Source: Catajapyx aquilonaris
Taxonomy: Eukaryota
Assembly: GCA_000934665.2 (NCBI GenBank)
Contig: KZ537971.1
Location: 62,001-126,000 of the forward strand
DNA length: 64,000 nucleotides
Reading direction: 5' to 3'
The position numbers and the translations under genes are program-made. The notes beneath the pieces are model-generated. The model did not search any database. It was given only the letters and a program-made list of their open reading frames with translations, and was not told the DNA's origin. This document shows, piece by piece, positions 11,715-23,565 of the stretch (its first letter is position 1; the number at the start of each line of letters is the position of its first letter).

Positions 11715-13190
11715 CTGTCGTGGTCGGGGAAAAGGTCAAATGCCATCCATTATCTTTCACACACGCTTGCATGCTTTGCTTTTCCCCATAGACCAAAACC
11801 ATTCGTGACCCACGCCAATACACTTTCATTAACTAGACTAGAATATGACTTACAACTTCATATCTCCTTAAAAATTTAACAACAAAGGCTGTCCTATATC
11901 CACGAAATTCTGCACACTTCTACCAAACCCGGAATTCAAACCTGTCACGGTGGGTTGGAAATCCTCCGCACATGAACGGATTCAGAAGCCATACAGGGCT
12001 TTGTAAGTTATATACTGGTTCTGGAAGCGGCATTTCCGGACCGATTGTGCACATAAAAGCCTTTTCTACTAAGCGCTGCCTGCTATATCCCGCTAGCACT
12101 CTATACCCCCGCTTTCTGCACGCCAATTCTGATAACTTAATTTCGCTAAGCAGTCTTATTGGGTCGGCAGATTTTCAACGTAAACTTCTGGTGGCTTCCA
12201 GCATTATGTTACACATCGCTTCAAATCTCGTGTCGTAAGAAAATCCTATATTACGGCTCATATACCATGCTAGGAAACACGAGAAAATGAATTTTGTGCG
12301 CCACGATACAACTTATGTTGGCAACGCTTAGGTTCTCTTTATCGATCACTGTCCATGTAGGCTACACTGTATGCCGCTAATATAATATTTCAAATAGTCA
12401 GTCCGTCCCATTTACATGCTCCTGGGCAGTATACCGTGGTGTTCGACCTGGCATATTTCCCCGGCAGCTCACACGCTGAGCAGTTGCGGTACAAAATTTT
12501 TGAAACAGAGGTTCAATTTTAGAAATTAAAATGGGCGAAGCCACTCATGCATTAGTGAGCGAGAAACGATTCGGCTCGTATAACATCACACTCGCTCAAT
12601 GGTCCACTTCATATAACCAGTACCACATTAACTCGCTGCACAATGTACCTGCCGTACTAGTACCGAGTCTAATGAATTTACTTTAATTAACTGCTATTTT
12701 GGAAGCTGCCAACATGTCACATTCGCTTACATTTCCTAGAGTGTGTGTATATATAGCCCTCTGAGCTGGATAAAATTATTGTTGTTCCCCCACGCTGCCA
12801 AGTGCAGTGGCTGACACGTTACGGAACATGTGGACTTTCATTATTTTTTCGCTGTCATCACGGTATCCACACAAACATGTTAGTGAACAAAGCGGAATCA
12901 GGGCACCGCGGATCGTAATATCCTTTCGGAATCCTGGGAAACGCGATCTCACTACTATACGCAAAGTCTGACCTCATTTGGAACCTTACGACTGCTATAC
13001 ACTACAGCCTATACGTGCGGCGCAAATCAGGCGTGTCCCAGGAATCTGCAAGGCGGCATGTAATGCACTTTGGGGGTACCCTGATACCGCACCTTAATAA
13101 ACAATAGGGTCGTGTAGATATGGTTTAAAGAGCACACTCATCCAAGTCACTTCTCATAGAGATAACCTGAATGAGAGAGTGTATATTTAC

Positions 13191-14285
13191 CTGAGGGACA
13201 GTGTGGGTGACCATCGCACCAAAGCGCAGAACTAATGCAAGCGTTGAGCTCCGGACAAGCGTAGGGACAATCGAGGGTGATCCCAACCATGCCCGCACTC
13301 ACGTTCCCGGCCATCACTCCAATGTCCTCCGCACTGGACACCGATACCGACCCGGGGCCAGTACCGGTCAGGCCCCGGCTTACTTCCAGCCATCGCACCA
13401 CGTACCGACCGGGCTCCCGTGCGACAAACTCCAGTAGCATACTCGGAGGCCTGCTGCCGATGCTGCTGGACGTGCTCACGATCGGAGTGTACCAGTCGTC
13501 CGAGAAGAGTTCCACCCCGGACACGGCCCCGGGGCCGCTCCCTTCCGGCACGGGCAGAACGGGACACACCAGCCGGAGAAGCGTGTACGGCCTGGTTCCG
13601 GAATACACTAACAGGCGATTCTTGGTCGGGCATCGCATCCCCGCACTCTCGGTGGGTGAAGGGGTCAACCACGTCTCCGTACCGAACAGCCCACCGCCTA
13701 TGGGCGACATCTCCACCCCTGGCAGCCGAAGAAACAGGCTCCTGTTCTGTCTGGCCTCTATCAGCCATGGGAACTTGTCGCAATTGACGTCACTCCCAGG
13801 ACTACGCAGCACGACGTCGCCTCCGTATCCGCGTAGCCGCTGCCGCATGGAACACTCTGGTATCTTGAGAAACTCGTATGTCCCGCGGAAATAAAAGTGG
13901 CTAAAGTCGTCCGAAATGTTCATCCGCAGAACAGTGAATCGTACATGGATGGTCTTGGAGAAGGAGACGAACACAAACCCGGAGGCGTTGGAGCAGAGGC
14001 AGTGCGAGGGGAAGGCCACGTCCCTCCAGGGCATCTCCGTGATCTCCATCCTAGCCTCCAAACCCGGGCTGACCCCGAGGCGAACCTGGCACGTGGGTCG
14101 TCCCGAGTGGGGGTCAGTTTCCGTGGAGCAGGGTCGTCCCCCGAAGGAGACGTTAGCCAGCTGCAGGCGAACGCGCTCGTGGATAGAGGCCTCGAACCGG
14201 TACTCGCAGGTCAGGTTGGGGCTGCCCCCGCGACCGAACAGGAACACGTTTTGCGGGGACCAGAACTCACCACCGCGGCCTCCAC
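13191..14285 (-). CDS. CUB/LDLa membrane protein, coding exon 7 (CUB-like domains and start of juxtamembrane LDLa)
   Basis: 1095 nt, phase 1/1, tttcag|GT and G|gtaaat. Contains GEFWSPQN...CEYRF, and CPYACPELNACISSALWCDGHPHCPSG, which continues as FDE..NC in the next exon. Confidence 0.9.
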
Positions 14286-15252
14286 CTGAAACATGGCAAA
14301 ACAAAAAGCACATTCAATTTTCCGGTATAGCCAGGTGCTTAGTGTATAAGAGAGAACAGTATCTTCCCATGCATGCAAAAACTATTAATATTGTACGCTG
14401 CTGCAGGGTTACTAATTATAGCTTGGTCTATAAGTAAAGCTCATTTTTATAATTTATGCCACCTCCCTGGCTTTTCAAGCAAGGCGATGTTATTCAGAAC
14501 TCCTCCCTCTCCTCTTAAATTGAGCAAAGCTGGCCTTAACGACCACCTCCGGCATATACTCATTAATTTTGGGTTCAGTTCTGCCCATGTCGCACTGTCA
14601 CTTTGACTTACAGGGTAATGACGGTGACAAGGAGACCCGTCCTATCAGCGTGTTCGTATGCTGTATACAGGGCGAGCTTAAACGTGGAGCACTTCCTCTG
14701 GAACTGAGGTTACTTGAGACATTTTAAAACGATATTGTTCCAGTTGATTTTGAAGATTTCTGTTTTATTACAGAAAACCACGTGTACTGTACGTTGAATT
14801 TTTGTCTTAGGCAAGAAGCGCACCGTACGCCTCAGAGGAATGCTAACCTTTAGGAACATCCTGCATGGTGTACTATACACTTACACTGTATCAGTACAAT
14901 CTGGTACAATGCAAAGCAAATGGTATACTCTGCAGTCTATTGTGCACAGTGTGTGCCATGCATACAAAGCAGTAGATTGTTACCAACGCGGGCAAAAGGC
15001 GGGTAAATAGGGCACTTGTATGCTGGCATTGTGTCTAGAAAGAGCCCTTTAATGGTGAACCCTGCTCATAATATAATTACAAGTAACACGCTCAAATTTG
15101 TGTGTCCTTCTCTGAAATGTAAATAGTCCTATAATGTTGCCCAAAATAACGATCAATCGGGTTTTTCACTTATGCATGTATTATTTATCTGTGTCTGATA
15201 TTTCGCATCTTTTGGGTTAGGGATATGATGAGAGTCTTCAAGGAAGAAATTA

Positions 15253-15610
15253 CAGGTAGTCCCCGGTCTACGAACGGGGTTACGTTCCTGAAAATATCCA
15301 TAAGTCGGATTGTACGTAACTCGGATCCCTGAGGAACAGCGCATACAGTATATACAGTCTGCATCGTAAAGATGCTGTTTCAACGAACAACTAACGTCAC
15401 GTGTGTCTGTTTACATGCACGAAGAATGTATTTCCCAATTATTTATTAATTATACAATATTTATGTCGAACTTTGTGTCGTTCAATGTACGCAGAAGTGA
15501 TTAAAAGTGGAGGAATAATTATAAATTTTCCTTCTATGGAGCCTTGGGAGCCCGTTCGTAAGTACGGATCGCCGTAAAGCGGGTTGTTCGTAAACTGGGG
15601 ACTACACCTG
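15253..15610. mobile_element. Tc1/mariner-pogo (Tigger-like) MITE
   Basis: Imperfect TIRs CAGGTAGTCCCCGGTCTACGAAC vs reverse complement CAGGTGTAGTCCCCAGTTTACGAAC, with TA on both sides (15251-15252, 15611-15612). Confidence 0.75.
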
Positions 15611-15694
15611 TAATGGGAGCAACATGGTCATCATTTTGTGTTTTATACCGGTGGTACCCAGTTCATATCCCAGTTCTTGGGGGGGGGGGGGGGG

Positions 15695-15852
15695 NNNNNN
15701 NNNNNNNNNNNNNNNNNNNNNNNNNNNNNNNNNNNNNNNNNNNNNNNNNNNNNNNNNNNNNNNNNNNNNNNNNNNNNNNNNNNNNNNNNNNNNNNNNNNN
15801 NNNNNNNNNNNNNNNNNNNNNNNNNNNNNNNNNNNNNNNNNNNNNNNNNNNN
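15695..15852. other. Assembly gap (158 N) flanked on both sides by poly-G
   Basis: N run directly visible; G homopolymers at both edges. Confidence 0.98.
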
Positions 15853-15911
15853 GGGGGGGGGGGGAGTTTGTTTTGGCTGGAACTCTTTGCTTTCATTTTA
15901 CTGCGCTCTTT

Positions 15912-16098
15912 GGGATGGGATAGGGACGGAAGGAAGCGGCTGTGGACTATTAATTACGGAAGCAACTCCGGAATTTCCCTGGAAGGACCGTGGGAAACCA
16001 CAGAAAACCTCGGTCAGAGTTGCCGGCCCCGGGATTCGAACCCAGGACCTCCCGATTAACAGTCGGACGCCTTATCCACTATGCCAACCTGCTTCGGT
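15912..16098 (-). mobile_element. tRNA-derived SINE resembling insect Lm1/Talua-type SINEs
   Basis: Minus strand: A box TGGCATAGTGG (16086-16076), anticodon-like arm TCCGA-CTGTTAA-TCGGG, B box GGTTCGAATCC (16042-16032), then body GAGGTTTTCTGTGGTTTCCC...CCAGGGAAATTCCGG...CAGCCGCTTCCTTCC, similar from memory to the conserved body of these SINEs. Confidence 0.8.
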
Positions 16099-16991
16099 AC
16101 ATAATAGTATTATTCAGTATATCACCAACTCCCCAGTGCTGAGTGATAACACAATTCCTTGCAGCACATAGGCAAATTATAACAAATAACACTGTCTACA
16201 CTACTTCAGGAATGAATGGGTACGAAATAGGATATAAAGCACCAGATAATAGCCTCATAGTCTTCGAAATTTGATGAAAACGGCATTCTTCTTAATTTAG
16301 GTACTACACCAAACTTATTATAAAAAAGAGCACAGGTGTGCAGACGACTGTTGAAGGGTGATTCGAGATCAAATAATATTTCTGGCAGAGTGACGTAAGC
16401 AATGATAATATAGCCAAGTGTATATCAGATGATGGTTTATTTGTCATTATTGTTTTTGTTATTAACATTATAGCCTGTATACCGGTATGTATCACAAACG
16501 TACCGTATTGCACCAACGGTAAACGCATATCTATTTGATAGTGTCCGGCTGGAAGCTCCATTGGATGTTGTTTATCAGCAATAATATTATTGTGGTGTGC
16601 TAATAAAATTATCTACAGTGTATTTTCCTGAGATTTTATAAAAGTCTGCCGGTAATGTTGACTATGTTGGTCACATACAGAATGCAGAGTCAGGCGCCAT
16701 GTTAAATATTTATACTGTAAAAACAGACCTTATTCCGCGAAAGTTGGTAAATAATATAATTACACAATAAGTATAAATATCTCCCAGTGTAACCAAATTT
16801 TCTCGAGAAAATGAGCATTTACTTAATTGGTTATTTTTTGAGGCAACTTCTGTGAAAATTGGAGTGTCATCAACAACCTAACGGAGCTCAGGTATTGACG
16901 TTCACTTTCTCTTTATTCAGCATGTGACATTCCACCTTATACATTATACACAGCAGATTCCATTTAATTAGAAGAAACATTGAGTACTCAC

Positions 16992-17508
16992 CAGGGGTGG
17001 AAGCAGCAGCGTGGTCCTTGACGTCACGACTCCGGAACAATCTGTAGCAAGAGCCGGTGGTTCCGGGCATAGGCCTGCCCCAAAGGCGCGTATCTACAAA
17101 CTCATATCGTAGTTCGAAATGCAGTGGGTTGAGAGCCGTTCCGGTCAGAAGCTGCTGCTCCATGGCCAGCTGTGGACCAGTGGACACGTAGCTCTCGGTG
17201 TTTGTGTCGCAAGGTCTGGTGGCACGGGTGGAGTTGTTCAGCAAGGCGTGGTCGCACAGGCGGGGGTATTCGTGGTTGCAGTAGTCTCCGAGAAGGGAAG
17301 CGTCCGAGGGCGGCCCCGGTGTGGACCCACCGGGTGAGGCCTCGGGAGGCCACGTTGTGGACGTTGTGGCGGAAGACAACTCCAGGGACTGGTCCCAAAG
17401 CCGCAACCGAGCAGTGCAATTGCCCTCTGCGGCACCACCTCTCGCGTCGCGTATCACCTCGCGGCTGTAGTACAGGAAGTACACCCACACGATCTCATGG
17501 GGGTGTCC
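16992..17508 (-). CDS. CUB/LDLa membrane protein, coding exon 6
   Basis: 517 nt, phase 0/1, ttctag|GGA and G|gtgagt. GHPHEIVWVYFLYY...LLGDYC...ESYVSTGPQL...FELRYEFVD (CUB-like). Confidence 0.9.
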
Positions 17509-17577
17509 CTAGAAGCATTTCAGAAGAAACACCCAAAATGTAGAACCAGCTGCTGGTCAGACTCCAAGAGAACTCAC

Positions 17578-18027
17578 CTGAAAGAAGTATCGGCAGGTGA
17601 CGTTGGGCGGCACGGTGTGCTGCAGGTTCCGAACCACTCCAGTGCGCGAGTCCTTGGTTCGGATGTGGAAGAGGCAGTGTCGATTGGAAGCGTAGTCTGG
17701 TGTCTCTGAGTCGACTAGCAGGATCTCGACGTTGAGCTCGAAGCCCTTGAGCGGATGCGGGTGGGCCGGGTGCAGCGGGTTCCCGTACGGGGAGGAGTGG
17801 AAGGCCACCAAGATCTCTGCCCCGCTGGAGGTCACCCTGGGGAACCTCGAGCCTCCGCACACTTTGAGCAGCACTGCGTCATCAGTCGTCACTCCGTCGT
17901 ATATGATCACATGGTCCCTTCGTCCCGTGCACTCCTCCCACGCCCTCAGTCCTCCCCCTTCCTCCTCCTGCCCCGAAGAAGAAGGCCCAGCACGTGGACC
18001 CCCCACCAGGCTGCGTTTCAACTGCAC
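17578..18027 (-). CDS. CUB/LDLa membrane protein, coding exon 5
   Basis: 450 nt, phase 0/0, tttcag|GTG and CAG|gtgagt; followed by a 69-nt intron. ECTGRRDHVIIYDG...KVCGG...VTSSGAEILVAFHS...KGFEL is a typical CUB C-terminal half. Confidence 0.92.
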
Positions 18028-19613
18028 CTGAAACAATACGCCAAACCCCCCCGGATATTGCATTTGCGATCTCGCCTTGTGTACTACAATGCATACCATG
18101 CCATATGAATATAATACATCACTTGTTATTATCCCATCAGCTTACCCATCAGGCACCCCGGAGCCTTCCCTATAAATCCAGTGATCCCTACTCGACCAAC
18201 ACGCTTTTTGGGGAAAGGACATTTGGAGAACACATAAAAGCAGCATTAATTACCGCTTCTAACTCCGCCGAATAGTGATTGTCGAGTTTATTGTGGGCTC
18301 GCGGACAGTCGTGGGAAGTGATTCCCACCTGCAGCTGACCACACTGGGTATATTAGGCCCACGATTTTTCCTACTTTCAATATCAACAACGCTACATTCA
18401 CTTAACCTGCTCTCCCGCTTGGGCCCAAAATGCCATCATGTACCGAGATAGAAGGGAAAAGAAAATACAGAGCCGACGATGGCTTCAAGTGGCAAGACAG
18501 TGGTGGGAGGATGAGGAATGGGCTTTCAAAGTCTGAGAAGCCGTCTTCGATCGGACGAAATGTCATCACAGCCCGATGCTTTCGGGCATGTGTTTCTGAA
18601 GTGGGTGGAGCGAGAAAATAAACGCTTCTAGGTTTTATATATATATTTTTTTCTCTCTCGAAAAATGGAAAGAGAGCAAAACCACAGAATTTGCATGGCT
18701 TCCAAAAATGTCAAAGCCAAGCCCAGCAGCGTAAGCATGAATATTTCAAACGTTATGGTGTGTTTCAGGAGAGGTACATTCCTTTGAGGGCTTACGCTAA
18801 GCCTCAGAGCATCCTTTATTCATCTGCAGGCTGAGGGTGGAATTTTGCACGCGCAAAATTCATTACCCATGCTGTAATCAAGCTCGTGCCAGGACTGGAA
18901 TTACAGAAATCACGACCTCCTTTTTTTGCACCGCATAAACGACAAACTGCATTCCAATCGGCCAATTAGCTACCTATAGCACAGGACGAGCGAGCACAGG
19001 CGCCTCCATTGTGTTGTTTTGTGTCCGGTTTGTTACCACAGCATAAACTTGCTAGTTTACTGGGTAATAAAATGAATACAAGCCCGGGGTCAAATGATTG
19101 GTGGACAGACAACACTGAGTGAGACCGCACAGCACGGGCTGCAAGCCTCCACTGCAAACATTCGCAAAAACCTGATAACTGACTGCGCAGTCCATCAGAA
19201 AAGCGTACCTTTGTGCATCCACGTGCGCCGCGACTGATAAAAATAAAATAAACGAGATTTCCCACCCGAGCTTATCAACCGTGTTTGGACAATGTCAACT
19301 ATTAGAGAAGCGCAATAATAAAAATTAGCGGACGGGATAAGGTTAAAAAAAAGGGGGAGGGCTGGAATGAGTGGTGGCGGTGGGGGCAGAGAAAACAAAG
19401 AGTTGAGGCTTCCGGGCCTGAAATTACAACGCGCAACGACGCAACTTGGATAATTCATCATTCCGGCGGCAACTCATTTAATATAAAGCCGGCAATCAAG
19501 CGCAATGAGTTTAATTAGGCCTTTTATAGCCGCAGCCGTCGCCTCCAACACCGTATTTTCCTGGCTGACGGGGCTATCCAACTCGCATTTAGTGGGTACT
19601 GGATGGGACTGAC

Positions 19614-19836
19614 CTTGTGCTCCTGTTCCTGAACGACGGTGACCAAGGCGTGCTTGCAGGCTGGCACGTCCCTTTGCCTGACTGTATAGTAGCACGTCGC
19701 ATTTCGAGGGTACAGTCCAGGATAGTTGGGTGACTGGAGACGGCAGCGTCTCCGGTGACATCCGTCCAGAACTCGGCTGCAATATGTCCCAGGAACCAAC
19801 TCGCCTCTCTCGGTGGGATTCCCTGCCAGACCGTAC
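19614..19836 (-). CDS. CUB/LDLa membrane protein, coding exon 4
   Basis: 223 nt, phase 2/0, cttcag|G and AAG|gtcagt. Contains the CUB signature LQSPNYPGLYPRNATCYY. Confidence 0.92.
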
Positions 19837-22800
19837 CTGAAGAGACAGGTACACGTACAGGTTATACGATGTAGAATTCTTTTTTTAAGGGGGCTGGTTG
19901 GCCCCTGGGACGCGGACAAGGGAGCCCGGGCAGTAAGGGCTGGAAGGAAATTAAAAGAAAACAAGGGCGGACTGGCCCCAGCTGCCTGATTGTTTATTCT
20001 GGAGGATCATTTTCTCTGCCAGCAGGGATCAAAGACTAGAAGGAAATTGCTGTGCCTATCGACTTATATCTGCTACGGGTTAAAGAAATTGCGTCGATTG
20101 AGATGCGCTCTGGCGGACGGCCCATTATGGATGACTGATGATGCACAATGGGGCATGCAAGTTTGGTAGGTGGCTTGATTACGTGTATTTCTCAACAATA
20201 ATTAAGCGATGGATTATGCATAAAGCCCTTAATGAGGGATCAATTGCGTAATTATTCAAAGTTGCGTACTTAGCATGATACTAATGAGTTTTTTGTTATT
20301 TTTCTGAAGTCAAACCATGACAGACTTCATAGGTTGCTTCGCACCATCAAAGAAGCCGCATGTGGTATAGCAGACTTTGAAAATTGCTAAGTCTAATGTC
20401 GGATTTTCAGCGGATAGGGAACCAGAGCCCTGAACCGGGATTATCCTTTTAAAAATTTATCAACATGCAAAAAATCTCACGAGTGTATAAAATGGCATTT
20501 AAACATCCTTCTGTCTGCCTGGATTGTTTTAAAAATACACACGCCCCCAGGTAATACATAAACGGGGCTTACTTCAACAGGCAAAGTTGCTGTTTGCCGG
20601 GCACATATTTTATGAGATTCACCCCGGCTTGACTATCACGGCTGTGACAGACTAGATAGGCGTTCCAGTGAGAACAGTTCTGTGACATTCTGTCACTTTT
20701 GCAATTTACTCCTGCATAAATAGCATGCACCGCATAGCAACAGTCTGATATCTTCTAAGTGATTCCGTGAACTTCGTGACAAGCGAATTTAAATAAATCA
20801 TTAATAGAGGCGCAACTATTATTATTTTTATTTGCCTGAAATCTGAGGTGCTTCCCTTATTGAGGAAGAACTTCAAAAACTTTAAAACATGCGACCTATT
20901 TCATTTAGGTGGAGAAATTAAAGCTATTCAATTATATAGGCAGCATTGCTATTTTGGATGCACAAAAATCTGATACTGTACAGTATATTGCATTACATTC
21001 ATTTGGCGTTCTGTCATACCCGTTTGATATTTGCAGGTGTTTGAACGTATATTTTTAGTTCCATTATTATTAATAACGTAATGCAGTCATAGTTACTTTG
21101 TTACATTACATAGCTCCAACCACAAATAATGCACTGCAAAATAACATTAGATTGACATGGTTTCATTTCAATTAATGTCTTGAAAGTAAACAATTAGTTC
21201 TACATAATAAAGCGACTCGAATTATTATTTTGATTGGTCAGTTTCATTTTAACTCAGATTGTTCATTGCCATCGAAATTGAATAAAGAAGAACTAGTTAA
21301 CTCAACAACCATAATAATTATCATGTTGACGTTGTGCCGGTAAGAACATCAAAGCATCTTGTTGCATAATAATACCCTTAATTAGCAGAGTTTTGACCAC
21401 TAATTTGTGGCGATGTGACCTACTTTGCCTCCACCCGCTCCACTGCGTATGACACTGGTTATTACCCATCGCGCAAGGCCGCAACGGAACAAACTCTGCC
21501 TGTATTGTCGAGTAATAAATTACAACTTTCGATTAGGCTTTCAGTAAAAGAAAACAACTACACTCTACCGTGGCATCCCAAACTTTCCCATCTATAGATA
21601 TTAGGGGGCGACTCTTTCAAGGGAACAATATAATGAATTCCCCCAACGTCATTAGTACTCACTATACAAGTAACCTAATACTTTTAACAGTACTCTTTTA
21701 TTTCAGACCCTGAACCTCAGGCAACAGGAATTCGCACTCGTTCTAGTGTTATTCCAGTGAAATTATACTGTACGCGTCACTCCTCCATTATTACAATTTG
21801 TGCAGGATACGATTCCGTCTCTATGGACCACTTAGAATTATCTCCAGGGACGGATCCAACCGGCGGGCATCCCCTGATTAGCGTAACATCCCGTATTACA
21901 CTGCGGGATCGCCTCGATGCACAGAATTATCCTGACTGTTCAGAGCCACCCTGCGTGTCTCTTTTGTGCACCGGTATCGTCTAACTCGCAGGATACTCCT
22001 CTTTGCAGGGATGATATTGATGCGTACTGGATTTTTCATGAGTGATGTAGCCCGGCAGGAGAGCAACCAGCAGCTCCCAGTGTGTGGGAGCCCGGAAAAT
22101 GAGGTACATGGGAAGTGGGATGGAATACACTGTATGCACAGGAGTGGGTGGGATGTGCTGGGGAGAGGTTAAAGGAAAGAGAATTGCTGCTGGCATGGGA
22201 AAACTATATGAAGAGACTCTCTCGGCTCAGGGCTTGCATACAATTACGCAATACCGGGCGAGTGATTTCCTTTCAATGCCAGGTCTGACACTGTAATATG
22301 TGGAAATATTCTCAACCACTGCAATGTATTGTATGGCATGCAGTTCTAAACCAATAAAGACGGACGTGTGCTGCTGTCGAATTGTTTGTCGGTAATCACC
22401 TTGAGTAGCCTTTCTTTGTCCTCTAAAGTGCTTTCGGGGTCTATGCTCAAATGAATGTGTCTGTAAAATTTCCTGCACACAATGCAAGCCTCCTTCCAGT
22501 TACATTATCACAATAATAAGCAGCGTAATGAAATGTACTGCAGCTGAAGTGCTGTTTTTAATTTGCTTATTAGTATCCCTCCCTTTGCGAATCATGTGAC
22601 AGAGAAAAGAGGTCAATGGCAAAGAGAAGGAAAATATAAGAGTTTAGATTCTTCCATGAAGAAACTTGCCGCTAACTGTAATAGGCCGGCCTTACGCGAC
22701 CCAAGACTAAATGCGACGGCAAAATTGAAAAAGTTATACTTTATGTTTCAGATGTCGATCCATTGCTCACGGGTACCTCCATTTTTGCCTTTGTATTTGA

Positions 22801-23293
22801 CTCTCGACATAAAATATTTTAAATATGCCTGGTCGGGTTAATTTTTCCATGGCAAAATAGTGAATAGGTGCGGCAGAAACTAATATTCTTCTACCTATTC
22901 TTTCAAGCAACTGAACATATGAATCACAATTCCATGACGTGATGGACGATCCTGTTTCACACTCATTGCCAGTCGTCCTTTCGCATCACCTAACAAGCCT
23001 TCAAGGAATCTGGTTCAATGAACGTAACTCAATATTCCGCCAAAATATGGCTGACAGAACCTTCCGGTAGTTCATCAAAAATGTTAATTTGGCCATATTT
23101 CTTCTCAAACTTGGAAATATCCCACAAATATGGCGAACAGCTGGCGACTCCCCCAGTTTCTAGTATGAAACGGGGGTCCACCAGGCAAACTAATGTACAA
23201 CACGGTGATATAGCCCTGAAGGGAGTCGAACAGGAAAAGGGCAAGAGTCGCGGTGAGCGGGAGCCATTGATCGCAGTGCTTGGTTGCACTAAC

Positions 23294-23565
23294 CTGGCCA
23301 CAGCGTCTCCTTTAGCCACAAACTTGTACCGCAGGCGAAACTCGAAGGCGTTGGCAGGGACTCCTTCGGGAGGCCATCTGAATACCTTCAGGGTGACGGT
23401 GACTGTGGATGTCTCGCTGTAATAGACAGCGTATCCCGAGGCCACCCCGCACCAGAAGCCCCCAGTAACTGGCCGGTTGATCTCCGACAGGGTCATGTAC
23501 CCGTCAGGACAGCCGTCCAGGATGGACGACACGTACCGGCCCACACTGAACGCGTCGAACATCAG
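23294..23565 (-). CDS. CUB/LDLa membrane protein, coding exon 3
   Basis: 272 nt, phase 0/2, ccccag|CTG and AG|gttagt. LMFDAFSVG...GCPDGYMTLSE...GFWCG...YYSETSTVTV...FEFRLRYKF (CUB-like). Confidence 0.92.

Noticed and set aside
13201..14437. Several overlapping plus-strand and alternate-frame ORFs
   Set aside because: Shadow ORFs of the GC-rich true exon 13191-14285; the same applies at 11296-11879 and 17100-18100.
14666..14864. Possible decayed mariner-type MITE (TACAGGGCGAG ... AACATCCTGCA)
   Set aside because: The TIR match is too degenerate to support.
16020..16098. Possible tRNA-Asn gene
   Set aside because: No proper acceptor stem, and it runs straight into a SINE body, so it is treated as a SINE head.
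15613..16171. ORFs spanning the poly-G and N gap
   Set aside because: Open only because of Ns and SINE sequence.
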